Of a stretch of 64,000 nucleotides of DNA, positions 24,899 through 38,200 are shown piece after piece. The notes under the pieces were generated by a model. That model saw only the letters and a program-made list of their open reading frames with translations, ran no database searches and had not been told where the DNA came from. Origin of the DNA: Raillietiella orientalis (Eukaryota); contig JAYWIR010000071.1 in NCBI GenBank assembly GCA_036172245.1, forward strand, positions 124,001 to 188,000. The letters run 5' to 3'. Numbering within the stretch: the first letter of the stretch is position 1; the number at the start of each line of letters is the position of its first letter. Position numbers and translations under genes: made by a program.

Positions 24899-27800
24899 TC
24901 AGAAGTTCTGCTGGCGCTTGCGCTTATCATCTATGGCGTCGAGGATGGGCTGGCGCTTCGACTGGTACCTGCGCCGCAGCTCGTCCATCTCGAGCTCCAT
25001 CTCCCTGTCCAGGCGGGACATCCTCTCCTGCAACTCTTCGCAGCTCAGCTGCGCCAGCTGCTCGCCCCGTTAGTGAGAGCGACAAATCCCGGGAAGGAAA
25101 AAGAGGAGAGGGAGGGGGAAGCAGAGACTACGAGGAAGGAGAAAAAGAGAGGAGGGGAAGGAGAAGGAACCAGGAAGGCGAAGGGAGAATGGAAAAGAGG
25201 AGGAGGGGGGGGGGGAACGCACGAGCGCAGCACCAGCACTCACAAAGTCGAAGTTGCCGTCTGTGAAGGACCTGCCGCCAGCCTTCGGCGCGGCGACGAC
25301 ATCCGTCGGGACGTCAGAATGGTGCTGTGACGGGTTCCTCTTGGCTCCCACGAGCACTGACGGCGGGATTTGGGAGATCTGCTGGAGCTGCAGCTGCTTC
25401 TCGGGCTGAGGCAGGCAGCTGTCCCGACACTGGTCCACCAGAGGCTCGCTCTCCCGGATGCCCTACCGATCAAAGGATCATGCGGCTCGGCCTTCAGGGA
25501 ATAGGGTGGGGAGAAAAGGGGAGGAAGCGAACCTCTTTCCTTTCGAAGTGATCCAGGAAGAGCGGCCTGTAGTCAGGGACGTCTCCCGGGACGGTGTCGT
25601 GCCCTGGAACGGGAAGAGGGGGAGCCGCGCGCAAGGTGAGGTACAGACGCGCGGTCCCTGGCATTACTCTTCATCGTAGAGTCCTCCGGCTCCCCGTCCG
25701 AGTTGATGACCATCGTGTCCAGGTGGGATTCCACGTCGCTTAGAGCCTCTCCGCAATTCGAACGGAGCTTGCCGCTGCCACCACCGCGGCGGAGCTGGCA
25801 GCCGCCACCCTCACTGCCGTCGAAAGGCAGCGCCGTTGCTGTCCCCGAGCTTCCGGGTCTGAGTGTCCCCTCCTCCTCCTCTTCCTCTTCCTCCTCCTGC
25901 TGCTGCTGCTGCGAGCGGCTGCGCTTCCCGGAGACGCCGTCCTCGGAGGAGTTCTGAGCAGGCATCGTCGCATCCCCTCCCGCGTCCTCCCACCTCCTTC
26001 GATGGGGTGACGAGGGAGCGGGAAAAAAGGAAAAAAAGAAAACGGGTGGACCCCCACTCACCGCCGCAGCTCCGGGTCGCTGCTGCCGCGTCATCGCCTT
26101 CATCTTGCTCTCGCGCACCTCCAGTGCCTCCGCAATCATCTGATTAAGGATGCTGGCGGGCTGGGAGTTAACGATGAACTCGTGATGCAGCAGGTGACTA
26201 GCAGTCGCTCTCTCCTGTGGGTTCTTCACCAGGCACCTGGAGACGGGTCATGTGAGGGAGGGCGCCCTCACCTGGGTGCAAGGAGTGAGTGAGAGGAACG
26301 GTGGGGAGAACTGGGGGGGGAAGGGGCACAGGATCGTTCCCAGAAAAACAGAGAGCGAGAGCATGAAAGGTGGGCGGAGAGGATGAAGACACCACGCCCC
26401 TCCTAGAAGGATGCCCACCTTCTATCGAGTTGCCGGGATGCTGTCTCCGCAAGACAGCGTGCACGCAAGCGGGATGAAGCCAAAATCCGAGAAGAGCGTC
26501 GGGAATGTGGTAAGTGGAGAAGGATCCATGCTCTGTGCCTCTCCGATCCGGTCTTCCCGGAAAACGGAAGCGGAGTGCGTGAGAAGGAACGCTTCTTCTA
26601 CCTGGCGGAAGATGTCGTCGGAAAGCGAAGAGCTGGAGAGGGATAAGGAGAGAGTAGGAGTAGGAAGGAGAAAGAGCTGCGCGCGCTGCCACCTCTCTTC
26701 CTCAAGATGGCCAGTCGCGGTCACGAAAGGTGAAGTGCGGCTGGTGGATGTGTGTGCACCGCTAGCGCCAAGAAGGAGCCCAGTCTGAGCTGGTGGCGAG
26801 CGAGCGTGCGAGCAAATCTGGCCGAGCCAACGACCGCAAGACCCTGGCGCGACCCTCATGAAAAAAGTCTGGATGCATGCGCCTCACGTGTGGCCACGGC
26901 GCCACGATCCTTGACGTTGGTAACGGGGTCCCCGCCTGCTTCCCGTAGACCACCACCACGAGGTCAGGCAATCTGGGCTACTTCTCCCCCTCCTCCCCTG
27001 CCGAAAAGGAAAAACAAGAGCCTAAAGTCCGACCTAAAAGTCCAATCGCCACCTGTAGAGTCCACTGATGGTTCTCCAGAACAGAGCAAAGGGGCTACAA
27101 TGGGTGATCCCCAACTATCGTATGAGAGGCACAGAACACACGTACCTTCGTGGGAGCGCGCTAAGGCTTGCTGGAGACCACTGAGGGAATGAAGTTTCAA
27201 AGGTGGTAACCAAGCAGCGAAAATCCCCTAAAGGGAGAGAACGGTGCACACCAGTAGGTTGCCGAGGGGATGTGTGCCGACCCAGTAGGTTGCCGAGGGG
27301 ATGTGTGCCGACTGAATGCTTACAGGTGAGCGCAAGCAAGCGTTCGACACCCTATTCCCTCTCCAATCCTTTCGTGCCGGTACGAAATGGGTCGATGTTG
27401 AAGATGGCGTCCTGGGCTAGCGGATGCGCGCACCCAAAAGAAGTGCATCCGCTCCCCTCTTACACGAGCTGGCTGTGATATTGGCACAAAAAACAACTTC
27501 TCGAATGTTGGATTCTGCCCCGGCACCTCCGATCGGACACACGAGTCACATTCGTGGAAGGTGTCCTATAGGAAAAGCTCCGCCGCGAGGCTGCAGCATC
27601 CCAACAGAGTGCCTTGAAAGGTCACGAGCACCTTCGCCAAAAGAGGGGAACCCCACCGCTATCTGAGCCAAGGCAGGCAACGTCCTGTTGAACGTAAAAG
27701 GACTCAGGAACGTAAAAGGGTCTTGGGTCTCACCGACCAGCCACGGTATGTAAGAAAGCTAGCAGTGCGCGGAGGAGGCAATCTCAAGAGAGTGACCCTT

Positions 27801-30800
27801 TACGGCGCCAACGGATTATCCTCGCAAGATCTTTTCGAACGATACTGCTGATCCATACGTCCGTCCTGTGCAGAGCAGCATCGTTCTCAAAGGATCGCCA
27901 TCCCGACTCGGTTCTATGGAGACTTACCAAGGACTCGGCAGCTCTAGCGGAACCCAAAGCGAAGGCGGTGGGGACAAGCTGCAAAAAAAAGAACCAGCGC
28001 TCAGAGGAGCAAAGAAATGAAAAAAAAAATTTCATCCTCAAGGACAGCAGCAGATTCAGGGGGTCCAGGAAGTCTTTATGCAGGACAAAGCGCGCCGGAA
28101 AAGAGAAGCCAGCCGCAACTTCGCCAAAAACAGACACAAAGCCCGAGCACATCCAGGCGGGGAACCAAAGCGTTCGTGGCTTCCACCTGTTTTCGCACCT
28201 TTCTTCCCGGTTCTGCTACGGCGGCACGGGGGAATGAATTTTCGCGCACCGCACAATGTGCCGTGCTCTCTGCCCAGGGGGAGACGTGCCTGCGCTCTCC
28301 TCTAACCGTCCGTCGAATGCTGCTTACTCGACGTTGGGCTGCGCTCCGTGGCGCTTCGCATGGCAGGAGTGCGGCAAACGATTAGCTGCGCGTGCGCGAA
28401 TGCAGCAGCTTCCATCTACAGAATCCCCAGCCCGCTGTCGAAAGCCAACACGAGAGTTAGAGCGCGTATCAAACGCACGCGTGCGTGCTCGAGATCACTC
28501 GATTCGGCCACGACCGGATGCTTTTTGCGACTGCACACGTTAGCGGAAACGAGGACTTCGAGACGCAACACACGACGCACACTCATGGAGAGGGAGGAGG
28601 CTGACTAAGGAGTTCATGGATCAGCGAAAACCGCTCAATGGGCCGCTTCCCGTCTGTTTCCCTTTCCACGCTGCGAAGATCCGAAGCAAGCGGAGCCTAC
28701 AAGTGAGGTGCTCGCCACATCTGCTGTGAATGGATGTAGCTGACGTGAACGGAAGCGAAGAGGATGAAAGCGCAAAGCGTCTGCAGCTCCGGCGAGTCCT
28801 GAAACGCCTGCTCAAGTGGTCCAGGAACGGTGCTGAGCGGAGAACAAACCTGTGTCCGGACACCGCGTCTTCCTCGAAGGATCTACCGATGTCGCGCACG
28901 CGAGAGACTTGGCTCGCGGCCGCTCAACTCCTGAATACCACTATGCGGAAGTCAACAAGCCCCCGGGCATACTCCACGAGGTGCTGCGTGACCATTGGAC
29001 AGGCTCTCTACGCTTGTGCGGCCCATGCCGTCGCAGAAGGGAAGCACGAGAGAGGGCACTTCCGCGAAGAGACTGTTTGGTAGCGAGAAGCTTCAAACCG
29101 ATCCACAAGAGACTCCCAGAGAATTCCTTCCTGCCTCTTCCGGTTTAGGAAATTACACGGGAGAAGCCTAACGGAGTGATTCCGCGGGGAGAAAAGAAAA
29201 AAAAAGGATGCAGGAGATCAAGAGAATGCCAGGAGGGGCATCCAGGAAGCGGCTGGACCGTTGCGCTTGCACCGAGCGAGGGCTGGCTCTTACAAAGAAA
29301 GCCACCACATAGAACAAAGCTCGCAGATTCAGTTTCGGGTTCTTTTGACTGCGGTTTCCGGGCGCGCCCTCTAGCGGGAGAGGATCCGAGTGGCAGGGAC
29401 ATCGTGCACATCCCGATTCTGGGCGCCCGTCGCTGGTGGGAGCTCACGTGGCTTCTGAACTCACAGACCGGAAGCCTCTTAGGGACTTCTTCGCAGACAC
29501 ATGGTGAGCCACACATCGAGGAAAGAAGGGAGAGAGGGAGGGAAGGGGAGGAAGGAACTCTGACGGATTGACGGATGTTCCGTTCTGCACGCTTCCCAGA
29601 AGCATCGGCGTCTGATCGTGCGTGTCCGCCGGATCTACGTGCCGCTCCGGAGCACCCGCGAATTCGGGAGGATCTGGGAGTGCTCTGCAGCCCACAGGGG
29701 AGAGTCGGCGTCCCTCGAGGCTCGGCGAGCAATCCCTCACGGGAATCGCATGCAAACAACGGGAACGCCCAGCGAGGCGACGGCAGGGAACCAGTAGCTG
29801 AAGCGAGACTCGCGGGACGGGTTCGCAAGCAACAGCTCAGCTGCCCCTTAGGGCGAAGAGTACTGGAAAGAAGCCGAAGGGAAGCGAGAAGCAGATCGTG
29901 ACGAAACACGGCAGCTGCGTACCATGCAGGAGCACGCCGCGACACGAGCTGGACCCAGCACTCTTCGCGCCGTCTTTCCCCAGGCCCTGGCAGGGAAAGA
30001 GTCGAATTCTACCTGGACACGAAATCGATGAACTGCTGGGACCACTTATCCGGCTCCCTGAACGAGGGTGGCGGCTTCGTTGGGATCATGAAGATCGCCC
30101 TCATGGGGTGGATATCTCCGTAGGGAGGCTTCCCTTCGGCCATCTCCAGGGCGGTGATCCCTGCACCACCTCGAGCGTGAAGCGGACGAGCGATTTGCGA
30201 AGGCTCCTCGACAGGAGCGTCTCCACCTACCTAGGCTCCATATGTCCGCCACGCAGTCGTAGCCGATTTCCTGGATCACCTCGGGAGCCATCCAAAATGG
30301 GGTGCCGATCACAGTGTTCCTCTTGACCATGGTGTCCTGGGGGCAGGAGAACGGGACCGTAATGAACCGCCTTCTTACATACTGTGAGCTGGCCGGCGAC
30401 GCCAAAATCAGCCAGCTTCGCGTGTCCTTCTATGTTTAGCAAGATGTTGCCGGCCTTAACGTCGCGGTGGATTTTCCTCTTTTGGTGGAGGTACTCGAGA
30501 CCTTTCAAGGTGTCCGACAGCACGGTCGCTATTTCGCTCTCGTTCAAGGTCTTTTTCCGCAACCTCATTATATCCGACACGGAACCGGCTCCACAATATT
30601 CCATAACGATCTATGTGACGGATGGTGCTGAGCAGCAAGGAGGCTTTGCGGAGTTTTTACCCAGAGGTCTGTGTTCTTGAAATAACTCCCGTAGTATTTT
30701 ACCACGTAATGGCTGTCGCACTGTTGCATGATGGATATTTCTTTGATGATTTCCTGAAGATCTGTGTCGACAGGCACTTGCTTGATAGCGAGAACGTGAC

Positions 30801-33800
30801 CTGACTCTTTGTGCAACGCTTTGTACACGCTACCATACGACCTATAACGAGATACAAAACAATCTCAAACGGAGGATCCGCTACTCGTGAACCACGTGCT
30901 TCCGTTGCAAGCGCAGAGGGAACGTTTTTTTTTAAAAAAAAAAAAAAATCCCCCGAACGCATGATCATTTTTGTGTGGGAAAGAGCATCTCTTTCACACC
31001 AACGCTGCTAACGAGAGGCGCTCCAAACGTGTAGTGCGCTCTGCCATACTCCCTTAAATGTTTGCAGAATGTGCTTCAGGAAAGTCTGGAAAATACTGCC
31101 ATTTTCCCCAACACTTCCAGGAAATAACGGAATGTCCACTCTGGTGGAGCCAGTGAGAGGGCACCACGAGCGAAAAATGGAGGCGGGAGGCGCCTCTTTA
31201 CCAGTTAGCCCACTCACTGAGGTATATACCTTGAAGTACAGGATCCCATGAGTGAAGACACTGTTTTCACCTCATCAGGGCATCAGAAATAAGCAAACGA
31301 GACCATTCAAGAATGCCTTTCCCGAATCACTTGCCAATTTCCCGCTTGATCACTCTACTGTCACGACTTCTGATTGTAGTCAATTCTCATAAAGGATGCA
31401 TTCGAATCTTCGATTTTCACGTCCATAAAAAATGATTGATGGTAACAAAGATTAGGCATCGGTTGATGTCGTTAAAGTTGTGGAAGAACACAAGAGCTGA
31501 CAAGGAAAACCGTGTAAACAAAGCCCTTTTTCAGAACATTTTTCAGGAGTATTCTTCGTGGTTTTCCAGGTGCGACCGCTAATGACAAAGAATGTGCAAT
31601 AGTCTGATGTTTTCGAAAAGTGTGCTCAGTTCACACCGTAGCTCAGGTCACCTTCGATTACTGATTCAACCTTTGGGATTAACGACAGAAATGCAGCTCT
31701 GCACCATCTAGGCTTGGAATTCGGTAGGTGTGTTTACATCCATCATCTGTTTCTCTTGGCGATACGAAGACGTCTCTCCAGCGTGTTTCAAGCAAGGATT
31801 TCTAGCACTCAAATTGGAGAAAGTGGGGAAGAAAAGCAAGTCTGTCAACAGCAAGCACTTCAACCCACTTACATGAGATGCTCTTCATAACCAGTTCTCT
31901 TTTCAGCCGACGCGAAAGTGTAAAAAGTAATAATCCAAAGTGGAAAGTCTAAAATGGAGCACAGAGATGTTGCCAAATGAGGCGAGGCACGGAAAAAGAT
32001 TAAGGCAAATGAAAATGTTTTTGAAATGGGACTGAAAGCCTTAGAACAGCAATGAGAGGCAGGAAAATGAAAACAGTAAAACGCAGCCGAGGTCCAAGAG
32101 ATCCCGGGATTGAGATCATGCATCGCCCGAAGTGCAAACTGGTTCCATGGGAAAAGGAGCGGCAATCCATAAAGGCAGCAAAGGTGGCTTTGCTGCCTTT
32201 ATGGTGCAGCCTTTGGACACGAAGAGAAATACTGCCTGCACGATGAAGTTTCAGGCACACTCGAGACAGACAACAGATGAAGGTGATCTGATTTGGGATC
32301 AGTGCTTCCGGGTTGAGAGCAGGAAGGCACTGGTCGATTCGTGTGTTTCGAGAGCAGAACGCAGGCAAAACATGGATCGCGAGCGAAGCAGAACAGGAAT
32401 AGTCCTTCCCGAGTGCGCCACAGGCAGAACAGACACAGGAAGTTCGGAACAACACGGTTCTGATAATTCGTTATTATTATTACCTCCCTCCAGTACAGCA
32501 TCTCAAAATGCCTAGACAGCTCAGTACCGACATCGCTCATGGGTACTAGTCTACGCGCTCCACTAGAGTTCCAAAAATAATGCATTTTACAGGAAAATGC
32601 AGCAGTCGTGCAAAATGGTTTCCAACAAGAAATTGTGAATTGAATAACAATTATAAAACCGGAAATTGCATTTATCCGTGAAAATAATTACAACCCGTGA
32701 GAAATTGCCTAAAAGCGACAGATCTGCTGAGAGAACCTTCGAAGACAAGGATCACTGCGAGCATTGCAAGGGTTCAGAATAATGTCATCCTATCCCGAGA
32801 ATAATCATTATCACGTCAGATTCGTAAACGAGGAAAAGGGGAACCTGAAATGCATCGGAGTTGAGCAATTGAAACACAAGGCACGGAACAGAAGAAGGAA
32901 GAAAGAAGCTTGCTAGAAATCAAAACGGAAAGTTCGACTCATCTTCCGGAAGAGGGGGAGACGACAGTTCCACGAAATGCTAACCTTCAAAGTAAATGTC
33001 TCCTATCTCGTCCTACACAACTCCTTGTATTCTTCGTTCACTTCCTCCTCCCCCTCATTCACTAAAACACGCGACTCATTTTTTACAGGATCGATACGCG
33101 TTGAAAATGCTATCCAAGACCGAGAAATTACCGGCTCCACTGTCTGCTCCACAGGAGAACTGAGGATACTTTCATCTCTCCGCGGCGAAGACCAACTCTT
33201 GGGCTGGAAACTCCCGCACTTCGGCATGTGATTAACTCTCCAGCATTCACAGGTTGGTTTCCTTGCATTAAATGTGCATTCAATTGAAATTTCTTTTCTA
33301 CCAAAATCTTTTTAATACTCCTTCCAGGCCTCCCAGGTTTTGCAAGCAGAGTTGAAAAATGCACTTCCTTGCGAAAGGCTTGCCAAACCGACACGAGATC
33401 TTGCCATAAAACACCTAAATCTGTGACCTAAGTTCTCCCCTACAGAAAAGACTGACCAAGTCGAATCAACAGTACATGCTAGCTTTGGGGGATACCCATG
33501 ATCAAACATGATCCTAGCATGCGACTCCTGCCAAATCTGAACATGCCGTTTCTCTTTCTGGCAAACTCTTTTGCAATACGCGCACGAGAAATTCGAGATT
33601 CTTCCACTCGTTTGAATCCCATCCTCGAACTGTTTCGCACTGTTTGAAGTTTTGTCTCCATCCACGGTTTTGAAAAAACTCGTTCTCACTTGCATCCTTT
33701 GATCTTGAAACAATCAGCGAGTTAAAAACCGTGATCTGGTGCGTTGCCCCCACCGAGGAAACTTTCTCTGCTAGCTGACCAAAACATGCACTTTTCAAAC

Positions 33801-35240
33801 GAATGTGCTTACTTGGAATGGTTATTCGCAAGAGGAGTGATTCGAATCGTTCGAGTGAAGTAATTACATCATTCACATTCGTCATTAGCACTTGCAGCGT
33901 CTTCATCACATTGCCATTTTTCATATGCAATCGAACAATTTATTGGTCACAACACAGCAAGGGAAAAAAAACAATTTTCCTTCCTACAAAGAAATGATAA
34001 TCTTGGGAAACTAGTGGATGGCCAGATGGATGAGCAAACAGATGAAAGCAGCCGTTCGTTTTGCTACCTAAGGGGACTCTTGGCCATGTAATTTTACGAT
34101 ATACGCTGAAGGGGTGTCATTTATGTGGCTACTTTTTTCTGTTTGCCACACTAAACCTTCAGATGTGCATGAATTAAAAGGAAATAAGAATGCAGTAATG
34201 GGAAAACATACCGGTACATTAAAGCTGATGTTCTGTATACACTCTTATGTGATACTCTAACCACTACTGAAAATGGCAATGTATGTATCCATCCAATGCC
34301 ATATGTACAGACTTATATCTACCGTGATGCATTCAGAAATTAGTTTGAGAAAGAATTTACACTCTTGGTTTTTGTCCCCTCTTCAGTTCTTTAAGAGTTG
34401 GCGCACAACTATCTATCTAGTCTATTAAATATTAGACTGTGCTTTAATCTCCCCTGTTTCACAAATGCTTACAAACAAAAAATAAGCAGAAGAGCAAACA
34501 AAACAGATTTATTTCTTGAGAAGGAGCTTTGTTTTCAAAATCTCTCAAATTTCCTTTACACATTAGAAGACAATTTTCAAGGAGTGATAATAGATACCAT
34601 AGTAAATATTTTAAACAGGGCATCAAAGGTTGAAATTTGTTACTGCTTATGCTTTATTAGCAGCTGAAAATTAACATCAAACATGTATGAGTATTTTAGC
34701 AAATCATTTCTATGTAAAACACACTGAATGTTTGCAGAAAACTTCCTCAGTACTACACATTTAAAATACTTCATCTTGTTCAACTGATCAATCTAGTATG
34801 TTTTACTTTAGTGTTTAATATCAACTTTTCAACCATGAAGCCATATCCACAATTATCCAATTCAAAATAATCTGCAAAAGTGTTTACCCTTCTCCTAATT
34901 TGCAGATAATATCAAACACTTCTTCTGGCTGGCGTGTAAGACTTTCTTCAGATAATTTTCTGAGTTCCCTGAAAATCAGATTAATATTGATCCCCAATAT
35001 CACATCAAAAGAAACATCTTTTCTCAGCATCATAAACAGAATCTTGGGCACACAACTGTGCTCTTAAAAACAAAACGCAAACTACTATAATTTGCAAATT
35101 TAAGCAATTCAATCACACCGCTTCAACCAAAGTGCTAACATTGGGAAGTTGATTACTTATTTCAAAATGTGCCTTTAGTGTGGATCGTATTTGGCCGATG
35201 TGTACTTACTCGCCCTATTTTACCCACGGCTCATGTTCAT
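24899..35240 (-). CDS. STK3: Hippo/MST1-2 (STE20-family) kinase with C-terminal SARAH domain; about 11 exons: 35240-35224, 34968-34888, 30841-30661, 30610-30383, 30336-30231, ~30161-30013, 26236-~26061, 25953-25667, 25603-25533, 25462-25244, 25057-24899
   Basis: [100 protein letters not shown], and [55 protein letters not shown]. Exon 1 is provisional. Confidence 0.93.
27251..27312. repeat. Perfect 31-bp tandem duplication in a Hippo intron
   Basis: CCAGTAGGTTGCCGAGGGGATGTGTGCCGAC x2. Confidence 0.9.
33267..34740. repeat. Source of duplicated segment B (within Hippo intron 2); partner 14520-15993
   Basis: Direct near-identity with 14520-15993. Confidence 0.95.
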
Positions 35241-38200
35241 ACGGGTATTAGTTCTTAGAATTGATAGGCTCATGAATTCCTTGGTTCCTTAGACTACAGG
35301 ACAGGCAAAAATCTCGAGTTAAAGCCAGCAGACGTACACTGTAACAAATGTATCACCTTCATACGTGTGGCGGTTACAAACAAATTTTAAAATAAATTGT
35401 ACACCATGCAGTGTTTTGTAACACGATTGTTCTTGCAGATTTTTACGAGTAGGCGGCTCATATTTCAAACATTCCACTAAATTGCATAAAACGACCTTTT
35501 GCGAATCGCAAGTAACGCTCCCTTGAGATCTTTCATGGGGCAGGAGAAAAGGTACACGAGGCAATCAAAGTACAATTTATGATTTCGACCAACCTTTTCG
35601 TGGAAGCTTGACTGCTGGCCATCGTTTCCATTCGTTTCAAATCAATTTCCACTTCGGGGTCACCTTAAGAGGCACTACGTTTCTCAGTCACAAGCTACTA
35701 CTTGTGGCACGTTTGAATGCTTCTTCCTTTAGTCTGAGCATTATTTTCTGTTACATATTTACTGTCCACGAGGAGAAGGACCTCAAACATCGCTGTGTGT
35801 TTTGGTAACTCTTAACATTCACTGAAAGCAATACTACGTATTTCTTCAGAAAAGAGAAGGAAAAAAAAAAAGGTTTCTGAGTGCCCGTATACGGGGAATT
35901 TTTAAAATAATCGTTCACGAAATTTTCACGCTACCTGAAAGCAAAAACGTGAGACTCTTCACGTTGAAGAGCAGGTCCCTTGCAAATGAAAGGATTTGCT
36001 TCCCGTGACTTCATTTCGGGATATAGGATTTAATGACCATTTTCCTGAAATCATAGGGTCATTATCAACAAACGCCTTGCACCCAGCTATTTCAACACCA
36101 ATTACCATAAGGTATGGACTACAAAAGTAACGAAATCACTTATGTCTCACCATCAGCAATCATGATGTTTACTTCTACAGAATTCGAGCTTCTACAGCGT
36201 GTGCAAGTAGAACAAATAAACAGAAACACAAACTGCACGTTGTTCTTTAACATTAAATATGCAGTCATTCGAGTGTTATTATCAATTGAAATGACGTGAG
36301 CACCTCACTTCTTTGCTGTCATTTAGTGTTTCTGTCTTTTTCTTTTTGAATAGGCATGAAAAAAAAAATTCCACTTTGAGTGAAACATTATTGCAAGCCA
36401 TACAAGCTGAAGACACCACGAATGCATTATCAAATCATTGGTGATCGAGGATCAGTAATGATTAATGACCTCCTAGTACGTTTACAGATATGATTTTTTA
36501 AAGATTCCCGTTGTCAAATTTCTCCTGGAAAAAATACAAGAACGCTTACTCTAAATAACCATTGAAGAATCCGTTGTTACAACTGATCCTGTAGCATAGA
36601 AATTATATATGCTCATTAAAGAAAATGTGATTACTGTAGTTCAGAGTTTCCTGAACACTTTCCTGAAAGATGATTTCCTACGTCTTGTTTTCTTTTTTTT
36701 TTTTTTCATTTCTACTGGCACCTGTAATGGAAGATCGAGTTAATATCTTGAGAAACCACAGATGCAGTAATCTAAGAAAAAGTTATTTTTACGTGCATGG
36801 GTTCTTTGTGCTTTCAGCCTTTGAAAGTGAGCAGCGATTATCTTTGACCCCTTGTGTGCAATTTTAAATTCCAAGGCATGGGGAAGTCACAGAAGTTACT
36901 AAACGCCACCTAATTCCTAAGTAATCGCACACCTGATCAGTTGACAAATAAGAGTATTGTGAGAGCGTCATCAGGGTGTACCAATCTGATTCTTAGTCTG
37001 TGACTGAAGTGCCAGTCCGTCCCTTGTTTCGTCCTTCTGAAACCTAGGTCCATGAGGATTTACAGACACCATCGACTTCAGTCGGGAAGCAGTTACCCCA
37101 GTTCAGAAATTAAGGTCAGCGAAGTCATGGACACCAAAGGAATAGGGTGAAAGTGAGGGAGCAGCATCCTAATTGCTGATGGAGAAGGGATTTTCCAATC
37201 CTCCTCGCTGAGCTGAAACCATCGTCTCTGCACTCCAGCCCTCAATGGGATTGGCAGCATGTTCACGAAGAACCCTCGAGAAAGAAGTCAGGTCACTGCT
37301 ATCCGCTGCAGAAAGCTTCTGTCTTCCGTCTGGTAGTGCGAGCGGAAGGCGAGGTTACTTCGTCCCTGGCATGCCTGGTGCCACACTCCGAAAAAGAGGA
37401 TTTCCAAATATGCATATGTGTCTAAACTTGTGTGCAAACATTGTAAGTGCGTGTGTAATGTGTGCGTTTACTGTGCTCATTGCCTAGACACGGGCAACTG
37501 CGTGTTTCGCATCTGTATGGGGGGTGTCTCTTCTTGTGAGCATTCGACAACCTTATTTTTCGACGGAAAGAACAGGCCTGTCTTTCGGAGATATCTTGAC
37601 CTCTTGAGGGTCTCTGTTTTTGTCAGCATCACTTGCTGGGTCCTAGTTTCTTTGGCAATCGGAAAAGCGAATGGTCACCCTCCACGAGAAACGAGGAGAC
37701 TCTAGACCAACTGGACGATTCCATCTTCCCTCCTCGACTGGGAAGCGCATGTGATCACTTCTCGGTCTTTTGGCTAAGATCAAAGCGTAGTATCTTTCCC
37801 ACGATGGTGGCGAGGATCCACCGCCGAGGTGGAGATCGCATTTCTGCGGCGGTGGATTCAAGGCAACGGCGAGAGAGGGGGAAGTGAGCTCTCTTCTGGC
37901 TGAGACGTTTTACTACCGTCTTTCGGCGAACTTTTCGAGAAAAACGGGCCGGGTCGGAGGTAGACGAGCGTCCCCAAACCATCTTTTCAGCAGTGGAAAC
38001 TTGGGGCAAAAGGCCAACAGCAGCAACAGCGGACCGGAAACTAGGAATACTGCCATGACCGGCCCGTGGTTCCCGTTGCCTAGGGGACATCCGGTCCAAT
38101 TGACGGTCATCGTCTCAGGGGGAGGGAGGGGGGAAGAAGGGAGCTAGAGAGAAGGAAGGCAGTCGCTTCGGGTTTCGCCTTAACCTTCATCTCAGTGGCA

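Noticed and set aside
27251..27312. 31-bp direct repeat as a CRISPR-like array
   Set aside because: Two abutting copies without spacers in a eukaryotic intron; a simple tandem duplication.
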